Assembly (NCBI GenBank): GCA_030324005.1 | Contig: JARDVH010000073.1 | Span: 84,320,701 to 84,384,691, forward strand | Reading direction: 5' to 3' | Length of the DNA stretch: 63,991 bases | Source: Negaprion brevirostris | Lineage: Eukaryota | Shown: in pieces, positions 39,965 to 51,844 of the stretch | Numbering within the stretch: position 1 is the stretch's first letter | Layout: each line of letters begins with the position of its first letter | Notes under the pieces: generated by a model | Told to the model about the DNA's origin: nothing | What the model saw: the letters and a program-made list of their open reading frames with translations, nothing else | Databases searched by the model: none | Position numbers and translations under genes: made by a program

Positions 39965-40380
39965 AGACTTGCATTTCAATAGCACATTTCACCACCAGAG
40001 GACATTTGAAAGAACTTTACAGCCAATTAACTGCTTGGAAGTGTGTTCATTGTTGCAGTGTAGGGAGCACAGCAGTCAATTTGCAAGAGCAAGCACCGGG
40101 AAAAGTAATGTAACATTAAGCAGATCAATTGTTCTTCCTGTCAGGTTGAATGATAGATAAATATTGATCACCAGGGGCACTGCCTTGCTCTTCTTCTACA
40201 TTGTGTTATCAGATCTTCCCAGAAGGCAGGAGGGGTTTAGTTTAAAGTCTTCCAGCAATGCAACGCGCCCTCAGTACTGCACTGGAGTCAACTTTTTGAT
40301 GCTTGTACTCAACTCCTAGAGTAGAACTTGTACTCACAACTCTTTGACTTAGAGGAGGGAGTGGCAGCAACCAAGCCAGA
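39965..40380 (-). mobile_element. Deu-domain SINE (SacSINE1/AmnSINE-like)
   Basis: CCCTCAGTACTGCACTGGAG core, tRNA-like head at the right end and TTGCATTT..ATAGCAC tail at the left; a partial copy lies near 50555-50700. Confidence 0.65.
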
Positions 40381-40429
40381 GCTCTCTTTAAAGTAAAAGT
40401 AACATACTGTGGATGCTGGAATCTGAAAT

Positions 40430-40629
40430 AAAAACAGAAAATGCTGGAAAATCTCAGCAGGTTTGACAGCATCTGTGGGGAGAGAATAGAGCCAATGTTT
40501 GGAGTCTAGGTGACCCTTCGTCAGACCCTTTGCTCTGACCCTTCGTCATCTAGACTTTAAACGTTGACTCTATTCTCTCCCCACAGAAGCTGTCAGATCT
40601 TCTGAGATTTGCCTGCATTTTCTGTTTTT
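40430..40629. mobile_element. Palindromic Penelope-like repeat (inverted arms of about 85 bp)
   Basis: AAAAACAGAAAATGCTGG...GTGGGGAGAGAATAGAG versus CTCTATTCTCTCCCCAC...GCATTTTCTGTTTTT; hammerhead-like core at the centre. Confidence 0.75.
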
Positions 40630-40969
40630 GCCATGACTCTTCTTGCTTGTCTTGGTGTTGATGCTTGTCTTGTCACCCAGCAGTGAAGCACTTTATGATG
40701 TTTCATTGGGTTGAAGGCATGACATGAATGCAAATTGTTTTATGGAGGTAGCTGGGTCTGGGACACTGGAAAGGCAAGAAAATGAAGCTGATCCCTGAGA
40801 AGGGGAGGGACTTATTTGGATCTCATTATGATTTTGCTTTTGCTAAAATTCATAATGTAGCTATGTTGTAAATTTTTTCAGCAAGAATTGCCCCTCACAT
40901 TGCACGTGGACAAAAAAATAGCCTATTATTGTTTAGTGATGGGAAAAAAACCTGCAGAACATGAGCAAG

Positions 40970-41539
40970 GGATAAACCCAGTGGTTACCCCGAACTTAGT
41001 AACTGCGCAGCAAAAACCATGTTTGAAAGGAACTGTTTGAATAATGAAGTGTTTCGGTGTGTGAAAGTCTAGTCATAATTACGCCGCAAAAATTATTTTC
41101 TGTTTTAACTACCGGTACTAATTATTAAAGGCTTCACACATCACATCTGATTAAAGGTCTTTATAGATAGCGCTGTTTTATAGATAGCGCTGTTTCATCT
41201 GTGTCTGTGCTTCTGGCCAACTCTGAGCGGCTTGCAGATTTGCTTAGGATTGCAGAAGTGAGCCGCTGCTGCTGCAGTCGTTGGAAGTTGGATCCTGTTC
41301 TCCTTTTATCAGCTAGAAGCACTGATGTAATGGGAGAAATGGATCTGGACACTCAGCAGTCCGGAACGCTGACAGCTCATTGACAGCAAAGCCCTGCTTG
41401 ACATTCTGGCGCTTTCATTTTTTTTATTTTGCCCTCTCCTCCCCAGCCCCCGGATCGTTTTAGGCAATGGTTCTCTGAACATGTGCTAAAGCTTGTCCTT
41501 TACCCTCCTCTTCGATTTGACTAGAGTCCCACTTCGACC
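40970..41539 (+). promoter_or_regulatory. ABCC8 proximal promoter / 5' leader (CpG-enriched)
   Basis: Repeat-free, CpG-retaining sequence directly upstream of the ATG; CpG enrichment continues to about 42300. Confidence 0.55.
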
Positions 41540-41687
41540 ATGTCCTTGTCTTTCTGTGGCAATGACAACGACACGGCTGCCTACAACGTGGACAAGGGAG
41601 TGCTCAACAACGGCTGCTTCGTGGACGCTTTGAATGTTGTCCCTCATGTGTTGCTGCTCTTCATCACCTTCCCTATATTATTCATTG
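41540..41687 (+). CDS. ABCC8: SUR1 coding exon 1: [49 protein letters not shown](G)
   Basis: Kozak gaccATG; 148 nt as in human ABCC8; donor G|GTAAG; [22 protein letters not shown] is SUR1-type; lies downstream of USH1C as in human. Confidence 0.95.
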
Positions 41688-41819
41688 GTAAGCTATATGA
41701 ATGAGAAGCTCACAGCCATTTCGATTGCATGTTGGTGTTTACATATTCACAGCACTGTCATTATCTCTTTCTCTCTATAAAACAGTCTGTCTAAAATGTG
41801 TGCACTCTTTTGAATTTAA

Positions 41820-41963
<144 letters not shown>

Positions 41964-42629
41964 TAAGTGGCCGCATGTGTGTTATTTCCAGATCGCTGTG
42001 GGCTATTTTTACTGACCGGGCTGAGCGCCTTTCTCGTCTCGCTGGCTTTGCAACTGTTAGTTAAGTGTCAGAGAGAGAGAGAAAGGGGGGGGGGGGGGGG
42101 GNNNNNNNNNNCGATGTGTGCCAGTATTTAACCCCGAGCAATCAGTTGCGTCCGGAAGTTCGTGCCATGCTTTTGAGTGAAAGAACCTGTAACAGGTACA
42201 TGTTGGCAATAGTGCGTCCCCTTTGCCGAGATTCAGATAGACTCGGGCATAAAAGCTGCAGCTTTCTTTTTAATTATAAACCAAACAGCGCACCAAACGC
42301 CTCCAGAATGTTTGAATAGCTTTCAGTGTGTCAATTTGGAATTCTTCACAATTTTCAACTAATTATTTACTATTCCTGAAGATCCCTCTTGGGGAGATTT
42401 TTAAAATGAAGTAAAACCAAAGCTATCATGAAGAACTAAAAATGATGTGCAATTTTTATAAGCAATTGCTTACAAAAGCAGTATTTTTTTCAATTTTCAA
42501 TTCTAATTACATTGTAACGGTTGTGGAAGATTATCAGCCAAACCCCTCTAAAAAGCGGACAATAGGAACTTCTCACTGTGAAAGATTTCTACTGTCAGGT
42601 CACATTACTAGATATAGGCAGAATTCATG

Positions 42630-42965
42630 AGGCAGGGATGGTGCTGGCACAGTCGTTAGCACAGCTGCCTCAACGCCAAAGACGTGGATTTGATCCCCGG
42701 CTTGGGTTACTGTCTCTGTGGAGTTCGCACGTTCTCCCCGCGTCTGCATGGGTTTCCCCAGTTGCTCTGCTTTCCTCCCACAGTTCAAAGATGTGTGGGT
42801 TAGGTTGATTGGCCATGTAAAATTGGCTGTGAAAAATTGACCATTGCGGCAATTAGCAGGGTAAATGCGTGGGGTTACGGGAATAGGGTTTGGGTGGGAT
42901 GTGGTCAGTACAGACTCAACGGACTGAATGGCCTCATTCTGTACTGTTAAGATTCTGTGATTTTA
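42630..42965 (+). mobile_element. HE1-like SINE
   Basis: Head, GTGGAGTTCGCACGTTCTCCCCG body and GAATGGCCT...GATTCTGTGA tail. Confidence 0.85.
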
Positions 42966-43777
42966 TGAATTCAGTGAACTGAGTTTTTGGCATTCCACAT
43001 TGAATCCTATATCTAAGGCAGCACAGATAGGATAGAACAATTTCTGGAGAGTAAATCTAAATAAAAGCTAATCTGGGGCCAACTGAAATAATGCCTTCAA
43101 TACATCGGAGTTCATGGGATAAATCTTTGCATAATTTGGCCCTAATTGTGTGTCTTGGAACTGTGAAGGTTACTGTGGAAAATTGAAACCTCATACTGGT
43201 TCATCAGTGGGTGCTATTCTCTGTTTTTGGTTAAAAGTACAACACTTCAGAGATTTACTCTGTATTTAATCCATCTTGTATTTGACCAGGAATTGATTAC
43301 TACCAAGACTGGCAAAAGCTGGAAACATTGTCAGCCCAAAAAATGAAAGGAGCCTTGCTCAAATTTTAGCTCAACTAGATGAACATCTTGAAGGTCTCCA
43401 GAAGATATTAGTTACAAATCTCAATAATTCCAATCTGTTTCACTTTCCAAAGATATAATTGTATAGTTTGATGATGAATGTGCAGGGAAAAAGGACAGTG
43501 ACTAACCTTTTGCAATGTCTCAGGTTTTGCTGTATGTTGTCATGGGCTAATATGAGGACAATATTTGATTCTAAACCGAATAAACTGACAGTACTGAATA
43601 TTTATTGCTGCTACTATACTATCTCCTGGTCAGGGAAAGTGAAGTTTTCTGCGTGCAATGTTCAATTCCGGGATACATTCTAATAGTCGTAAAAAAAAAT
43701 CAGTATTGTCAGCTCTTTGCTGTCACTGGAATGTTCTGAAATTAATGTTTGTAAGTTTTCTTTACTAAGCAGATATA

Positions 43778-44212
43778 GTTTAAGTTTATTTTATTAGTGC
43801 CAGAAGTAGGCTTACATTAACATGGCAATGAAGCCACTATCAAAATCCCTGAGTCCCCACACTTCGGTGCTTGTTCAGGTACACTGAGGGAGAACTTAGC
43901 CTGGACAAGGCACTTAACCAGCACATTTTTGGGCTCAGTAAGAAGTCTCATAATATCACGTTTAAGTCCAACAGGTTTACTTGGAATACCTGTTGGACTT
44001 TAACCAGGTGTTGTGAGACTTCTTACTGTGCTCATCTCAGTCCAACGCTGGCACCTTCAGATCTTTTTGACTCTAGGGGGAAACCCAGAGCACCCAGCAG
44101 AAACCCATGCAGACACAGAAACTTCTTGCAGATAGTGACCCAAGCTGAGAATCAAGCCTGGGTGCCTGAATTGTGGGGCAGCAGTGCCAACCACTGTGTC
44201 ACTGTGCTGTAG
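43778..44212 (-). mobile_element. HE1/V-SINE-like SINE interrupted by a hairpin element (43936-44058)
   Basis: SINE sequence on both sides of an inserted inverted repeat. Confidence 0.8.
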
Positions 44213-45174
44213 TGACACATGTTATGGGCAAAATGGAGCACAGAATCTGATCAGTAACTTTACCCACATTCCCTTCAGTCAAAGGATATTGGGGAAAGGT
44301 GGGAATGTGGAGGTGAGCCCAAAATCAGATTAGCCATGATCCTACTGAGTGGTGGAGCAAGTTCAAAGGTCTGAATGGTCTACTTCTGCTCCAGATTCAA
44401 ATTTGTATGTTCCACATATACTCAAGAGTAAACCATATTACATTACTGCAAACCAATCATGGAACTAGGCTGTTATAAATTGCTTTATATTGGTCATACA
44501 ATATAAATTATAACTGTTTGACCTGTGGACAGTAATAATTGCATATGGTGTTTTGAAAGATTTCAATGCATGAAAAGTTTCATTGAACTTCAGACCACTG
44601 AAATTCATCCAGAAAACTCAGAAGGATGAAACTAGAATAGTTTTTGTGTGTAACCTGAGCGCTGCCTTTGTGTATTAGTTTGAGAACTCTTGTCATGCAT
44701 TGCTTTGTCAGTGTTCACTTTATACTTTTATCCAGAAATAGTCCATAAGTATTTACTATTGGTAGTTGTTACATCATGTAACTGAATACAGAGGTGCAGC
44801 AATAATCAGAATAATACATATATCATGTTGACCCACATTTTCTGATCAGTATGGCAAAGGGACAGCACTCGCCATTCCTCCTGTTGCTTTTGCTGGTATA
44901 GAACCGAAACTTGCACTAATCCTGTGTCAGATCCAGCATGGTACCCTTTACAGGGCATCTTTGGCTCCTCTGACCAGCACGAGAAATAGCAATGTTCCTC
45001 TACCAATCAGATTGAAGAATCTTCACAGGCATGCAATGTTGAACCAAAAAGTATAATGTAGGAGGTATAGATTAAATTTAAATCATGCACAGAAAGTGCG
45101 TTAGAGATTGGGAAGAAATATGTGATTAAGAGAGTGGTAAAACAGTCTGGAAAAACAAAGAGAGAATATACATA

Positions 45175-45430
45175 GAGTACATAGAACATTACAGCGCAGA
45201 ACAGGCCCTTCGGCCCACGATGTTGCGCCGACCAGTTAAAAAACAATGACCCACTNNNNNNNNNNNNNNNNNNNNNNNNNNNNNNNNNNNNNNNNNNNNN
45301 NNNNNNNNNNNNNNNNNNNNNNNNNNNNNNNNNNNNNNNNNNNNNNNNNNNNNNNATCCTTCCTATAATGTGGGGACCAGAACTGCACACAATACTCCAA
45401 GTGCGGCTGCACCAGAGTTTTGTACAGTTG
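45175..45430 (-). mobile_element. CR1 LINE 3' fragment
   Basis: [25 protein letters not shown] and tail. Confidence 0.9.
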
Positions 45431-45484
45431 CACTGTAGGCATATTTTTTTCCTGCTTGGCAGGATGTGATGAGTTGTTTACCAT

Positions 45485-45870
45485 AGGATTCAGGGCTGGG
45501 GCCTCAACTCTTTACAATTCATATAATGGACTTGGATGACAGGATCTATGGTATGTTTGCTAAATTTGCTGATGTCATAAAGGAAAGTTGAGTTGTGAGA
45601 GGACATAAGGAGGCTACAAAAAGATAAAGATAAATTAGGTGAATGGACAAAGATCTGGCAAGAGGAATATAATGTGGGAAAATTTGAAATTGTTCATTTT
45701 GGCACGTTGAATAAAAAAGTATAGTATCTAAATGGTGATGAGATGCAGGGGATTCTGGGTGTTCTCGTGCCTAAATTGTAAAACGTTAGTCTGTAGGTGC
45801 AAATCTTATCACTTGTAGAGGAATGGAATACAAGAGTAGGGAGGTTATACGTCAGTTATACAGGGCATTG
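45485..45870 (+). mobile_element. CR1 LINE RT fragment
   Basis: [14 protein letters not shown]...FAKFADV motif region. Confidence 0.8.
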
Positions 45871-45879
45871 CCTTTCCTT

Positions 45880-46590
45880 GGACTGCCACCTTACCATGGT
45901 GTAGCGCTTTGAACATTCCACTGGTACAGTGAGTCATGCCATTGTCAGTCTAACTCCTGTCAGGGTCACCCATTACAGCAAGGTCAGAGGGGAGGAACCA
46001 GATAAAACAAGTCCTCAATGGTGGATCAGGCAGAAGATACACATATGGTATCAACGGCTGCAATGACGGAAGAAGACTGCATCAGTAATAAGGTCCCCAA
46101 CTGTCAAGGTTCCCTTGCTACTAGAACAGAATCTACCCTCTGTCAAGGGCTGTGTCTGCAGATGTGCAACAGCATACCCACATTAAAAGATGTCGCATAC
46201 CAGGTATCAACTAGAGGAAACCAATAGAACCCAACAGGGAGTTAAACTCAATTTTGGAACCTGAATTTCAAACTTCAGAATTTGAAACCCTCATAACATG
46301 CAGAACGATCAACTGGAACAAAGAACTGCCCTTGGTGCCCTGACCTCGTCAACATTGATGTGGCTGCCCTGCAAGAGACATGAAGAGCAGACGAAGAGCA
46401 GTTGATGGTGCACTTTCTGGAGAGGAAAACCCAAGGATCAGCCCAGGATGCATCAGACTGAATTCACCATTTTACACCTCCAACGGGATTCTTCTGTTCA
46501 CCAAATGCGCAGTTCACCAAGGCTGGTTTAGTGAGAATGACCATAGCATGCAAGGCCTTATTGAAAAGAAAAGGAAAGTTCTCCACACCT
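45880..46590 (+). mobile_element. RTE-clade LINE 5' end (5' UTR and AP-endonuclease remnant)
   Basis: GGACTGCCACCTT...GAGTCATGCC...CAGGGTCACCCA...AAGGTC resembles RTE/BovB/Expander 5' ends; NIDVAALQET and FWRGKP endonuclease motifs follow. Confidence 0.7.
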
Positions 46591-46604
46591 GGCAAGACGA
46601 CATA

Positions 46605-46700
46605 ACTCCTCTGCTATTTGTGATTTATATCAATGACTTGGAGGAGGGGGCTGAAGGGTGGGTCAGTAAATTTGCTGATGACACCAAGATTGGAGGAGTA
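46605..46700 (+). mobile_element. CR1 RT core fragment
   Basis: PLLFVIYINDLEEGAEGWVSKFADDTKIGGV. Confidence 0.9.
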
Positions 46701-47034
46701 TATATATATAGTTGGTTTTAAATCCCAACTCAATATTAGCTTCTCATGAAATGAACTTGCACAACCTTAAAAATATTTTTCACTGCCAGAGAGGTTGTTT
46801 GTAAGTAATTATCACTTACCACAACACTGAAGATCCATTTATTCCTGAATTCTCCAATTCTAGCATTTTCCAGCCTATTTAGAAGGGAATTAAAGGGAAA
46901 TTTACCAAAGTTCACATTTATTTTGGTGTTCATTTCAGTCACCCTGTGGAAAACTAGGATATCTCTGAGAGCAACTTTCAGAATTTTGCATTTATTCAGA
47001 CACTGGGATTTGCTAAAATAAAAACAAAATTTTG

Positions 47035-47270
47035 CAAATGCTGGAAATGTGAAATAAAGTCAAAAAATGATTGGAAAAATCAGTAGGTCTTGCAGCATCC
47101 ATAGAGAGAAAAACAGAAATATATTTCAAGCTCGTATGCCACTTTGACAAAGAGTCTTTGAAATGTCTTTGAAGAAGAGTCAAACAGACTTGAAATGTTA
47201 ATTCTGTTTCTTTCTCCACAGATGCTCTGAGATCTGCTGAGCTTTTCCAGCATTTTCTGTTTTTATTAAC
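47035..47270. mobile_element. Palindromic Penelope-like repeat
   Basis: Inverted arms homologous to 40430-40629; centre TTGAAGAAGAGTC AAACA GACTTGAAATGTT. Confidence 0.65.
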
Positions 47271-47382
47271 TGGAATTTACTGTCTGTTTTGCTGCTTGTC
47301 TTACTATCATAAGCAGTACAAAAACTAGCCTATAATGTAACACAGACCCAATAACATTTGGTTCTTATAGCAGTTTTCCTGT

Positions 47383-47672
47383 GGGCAGCATAGTGGCAAA
47401 GTGGTTAGCACTGCTGCCTCAAAGACCCAGAGACCCGGCTTCTAATCTGGCCTTGGATTAATGGCTGTGAATGCCTGTATGTTCTCCCTGTGTCTACGTG
47501 AGTTTCCCCTGGGTGCTTCCACTGTCCAAAGATGTGCAAGTTAGGTGAATGGGCCATGGTAAATGTATAGGGTTATGGGAATTGAGGGAATTGGCCTGCG
47601 TAAAGATGCTCCTTGTGAGAGTTGGTGCAGACTTGATGGGAAATGGCCTCCCTTTGCATTGTAGGGATTATA
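47383..47672 (+). mobile_element. HE1-like SINE
   Basis: GGGCAGCATAGTGGCAAAGTGGTTAGCACTGCTGCCTCA head and conserved body. Confidence 0.85.
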
Positions 47673-48087
47673 TGAAAAGTGAAAATTGTCAGTAGAGCCA
47701 AAAGATCAGTATTCAGTTTATAACAGTGCTGTGCACTGTTACTTCATGCTCACTGGCATATTGGATAGATGATGAATTATCTGTGTAGTTGCTCATTTTG
47801 ATATCAGTTAAAATCAGCTTCTCTTATCATCTTTTAAAAATTGCCTTCATTGAATCCTATATCGGCATCCTGAGACGTTTGAAAATCTGATCCTAGTGCC
47901 ACAAAACATTTTGCTCAGTGTTAATTTCGAACTGATTAATATTACAAGCTGTTGAAATGAAAAGAATAGATACAAAGAACAACTGTGCAGCTGATTAGGT
48001 GAAAATGAACAAGAACCTTGAGTTAAAGGTGTCTGCACCAACAGTAAATTAAGATTTTATCATTATTATGATCTCTGTATGAACCTA

Positions 48088-48460
48088 CAAATTATGAGCA
48101 GGAGGAGGCCATTTAACCCTTCAATCCAATAAGATCACAGCTGATTTGATTGTAAATTCAACTCCACATTACCACCTACCCATGATAACCTTTCACCTCT
48201 TTGCTTACCAAGAATTTATCGGCCAGTGCATTAAAAATATCAAAAGACTGCCTCCACTGCCTTTTAAAGAAGATAGTTCAAAAAACTCCAAACCCTCTGG
48301 GAGAAAAGAAACTCTCATCACAGTGCTAAATGGGAACCTTTTGTTTTTAAACAGTGGCCCCTGGTACTAGACTCTCCCACAGGAGGAAACAACATCGGCT
48401 GTTTGATACCCCTCAGAGTCTTTTGTTTCAATCATTTCAACTCTTACTCGTCTGAATCCC
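48088..48460 (-). mobile_element. CR1 LINE 3' end
   Basis: Reverse-complement similarity to the CR1 tails at 14700-15110 and 59425-59780. Confidence 0.7.
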
Positions 48461-49379
48461 AGCAGATACAGAGACAATTAACTTTTAAAGAGATTTGAAC
48501 TTCCAGTTATTAGCTGGAAGAATAGCACAAGACTTCATGTTTTAGAATTTTTAATGTAACAAATGACTAAAGCCACAGTTGGCCAAATACTACTTTTCCT
48601 TATACTTTCCTTACACTACAGAGAGTCACATTCTAATACTTACTACTCATTGCATTTTCCATGGAATTACTTTTAGCAAACTTTCAACAGTTGTTATCAG
48701 CTTTCACTGGGTTTACTTCTTGCTTTGCCAGGTAAGGACTTTGAGTGACTGTCTCCAATGGTTTTCTTCAGAATTTGGAGAGTTTCTAAAACTATCACCA
48801 ACCTGTTCTATTGATTCCTCATCCCCCTGGCTATGCCAGGATAAATCTCCCAGAGCCTTCAGAAGGCTGCAGGAAGCTTCTCTTTGACTAGAGACTGTCT
48901 CCTTCCCACATCTAGTTGTGACAGCTCACAATGCCAAACAGCCTTTCTCTTGGTTGACCACACAGAGAAAAACTGCCATCTATCCGCAACGTTCATTGAT
49001 TTGTAGGGAAGTCTGTAACTGGATCTCAAAAACTACTTGCTTTGTCTTCTTCATGTCAACATTGAACACATTAACCTTGCATTCAGGTGGTCATGCCAAT
49101 TAGTTTTCCATGACGCCCACTTACTTCCATGTTAGAAGTAAATGGATAATTTACAGCACAACTGTTTATAACTTCATACCTTCAACACCTTTCTGGGACT
49201 TTGGGTGACACAGAGTGTAGAGTGCTGCCATTGTCTTCAAGCATAAGTACCTTCAACCTTCTTCCCTGTAAAACTAACTTTCATCTCTAAATGTCAAACC
49301 GCACAGGCTTATAGTAAGGCAGACTTCAGAAGGTCATATGGCCCCTTCTATTTATCCTAAATTTAAAGATACATACTGC

Positions 49380-49499
49380 TACTTTACGACCTCGCTCGGC
49401 TGAGGCTCATAAAATCCTACCTGAACCCAGAGGAGAATTCCGTCCTGCGGGCCTCGCCTGCCCCAATTGTGGGGTGGATGAGTCGGTAAAATTCTGGCC
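49380..49499. mobile_element. Short MITE (related copy in opposite orientation at 55865-55990)
   Basis: End GTAAAATTCTGGCC and internal AAAATCC repeats align with GCCAGAATTTTA...GTAAAATCCCACCC at 55865-55990. Confidence 0.55.
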
Positions 49500-51844
49500 A
49501 CTGTCCCAAAACATAATAATCATATAAACGCCACAATTGTAATGTAATTAAAAATTCCAGAGACATGTTTCACTTCAAATGTTGGAAAGTAATTCCATCT
49601 CTAGAGATTTGTAGGAAGTGGAAAAATCACATGAGGAGGTGTGTTCACTATATGTGAGACAATTTGAAAATGAGTAAAGGCAAATCAATACAAAAGCAAA
49701 ATACTTCAGATATTGAAATTTTAAATAAAATCAGAAATGTTGGAACTGCTTAGCAGGTCTGTCAACATCCACAGAGGGAGAAACATTTTTTGGTGATTAC
49801 CTTTCATCAGTACTGGAAAAATGTCACAGAATTATTGTCAAAGATATGCACACAATGAACTAATGGACAAAATTAAGACAAAGCTATCAATATGAAGCTG
49901 ATACTGATACCCTCACAAGAGCACAAATGTTGCTGATGTGATAAGAAGGATGTGTAAAAGCAATAATATTGCAGTTTATATTTGGAAGGACCCATTACCA
50001 TCAATGATGGAAGTGAGGCAACTAATGATTTGATTTGACTTATTATTGTCACATGTACTAGTATTAAGTTAAAAGAATTAGTTCTTGTGTACTATAAAGA
50101 CGAAGCATACCATTCATAGAGCAGGAAAGGAGAGAGTGCAGGATGTGGTGTTACAGCCATAGCCAGGGTGTAGATGAAAGATCAACCTAATGCATTTTGT
50201 TAGAGAGTTTAAAAGAGTTAGAATGAAGTTTTAGAATCATAGAACGAGAGTAAAAGATAAAATTATAAGATAGGCTGGGTACAGGTTGCAAGAAGTTGCC
50301 TTACTCTGGTACCATTTTGAGAAAAAAAATGAACATGCGGTAAGATAGCTTTGTGACACAATGAAGTAAAGGTACCCTGGCCACAGAGTTTACATGACAG
50401 ATGTATGTATCAGCAATTCTGACAGCAAGGGGTGGATGATTTATGGTCTGCATAATAGATGTTCAATTGCATGGCCACAAATTGTTAACCTCTGCACCTC
50501 ACACAAAATTTAACACTGAGAAAGCAGAGTTATAACCTGCATGTAAACATAAAGGCTTGTTTTTATATAGCGCATTTCAGGTCCTAAGCGCTTCACAGTC
50601 AATATATTACTCTTTGAAGAGTACTTATTGTTCATATTATAAGCAAATGTGGCAGTTAATTTGTGCACAGCATGGCCCGACAAACAAAATTTAGGTAAAT
50701 GACCAGTTCTGATGAGGCATTTATACCTGAAAATTTAATTGTTAACTAATCTGTTATATTCATCAGTTTCTGATTCATCTGATGAATGTTCCCCATATTT
50801 TTATGTTTTGATACAATAACCACTTACTTTATTTTAGTGGTGTTGTTGTGAACACATCTGAAATATTGTATGCAGGTTAGGCTTCCATACATAAAGAATG
50901 GCATATTTGCCTGAGAGCTGCACAAAGTTCACTAGATCAATGGTTCTCAAACCGTGATGACTGGCAGTTCATGGAGACTATCCAGGGATCCATGAAATAA
51001 TGTGAAAATGCCATTGTCAAATTTAAGCAAATGAGTGGGGTATAAAAGAGTGTTCTGCACCCACCCACTGAATCCTTGGCCTCCCCCATTCCATTGCACC
51101 CTTGTCTGCTTTGTCTACAGATAAGCAGTTGGCCAGGTAGGACTGAGATAAGGAGAAATTTCTTCACTCAGCAGTTTGTGAATGTTTGGAATTTGGTTTA
51201 CATTCCAGAGGGCTGTGAATATTCCATTATTGAGAATATTCAAGACTGATTTGTGAGCACTAAGACAAGAGATATGGAGATAGAGTTGGAAAGTAGAGTT
51301 GATATGAAATTTCAGCCCCGATCTTGTTGCATAGTGGAGCAAGCACAAGGGATCATGTGGCCTTCTCCTGTTCATTTTTTTTATAGTATTAAGTAACTAC
51401 CATTTTCTGAGTGCAGCAATATCCTAAAGGATTTGGGAATCAACATGCCAGAAATACTTGATANNNNNNNNNNNNNNNNNNNNNNNNNNNNNNNNNNNNN
51501 NNNNNNNNNNNNNNNNNNNNNNNNNNNNNNNNNNNNNNNNNNNNNNNNNNNNNNNNNNNNNNNATCAACATGCCAGAAATACTTGATATGTTAACAATTC
51601 TTAAGACTTGCAAATCAGAGATAAATGGAATATTAGCTATAAAATCCATAGAATCCCTACAGTGCAGAAGGAGACCATTTAGTCCATCAACCCTGCACCA
51701 ATCAAAATCCTACCCAACCCCTATCCCCACAGTCCCACATATGTACCCTGCTCATCCCCTTTACACGAAGTGGCAATTTAGCCACTATAGAGGGGAAGGA
51801 GATTAAATAATAAATTACTGAATATTGAATCATAGGTCCCCAGT

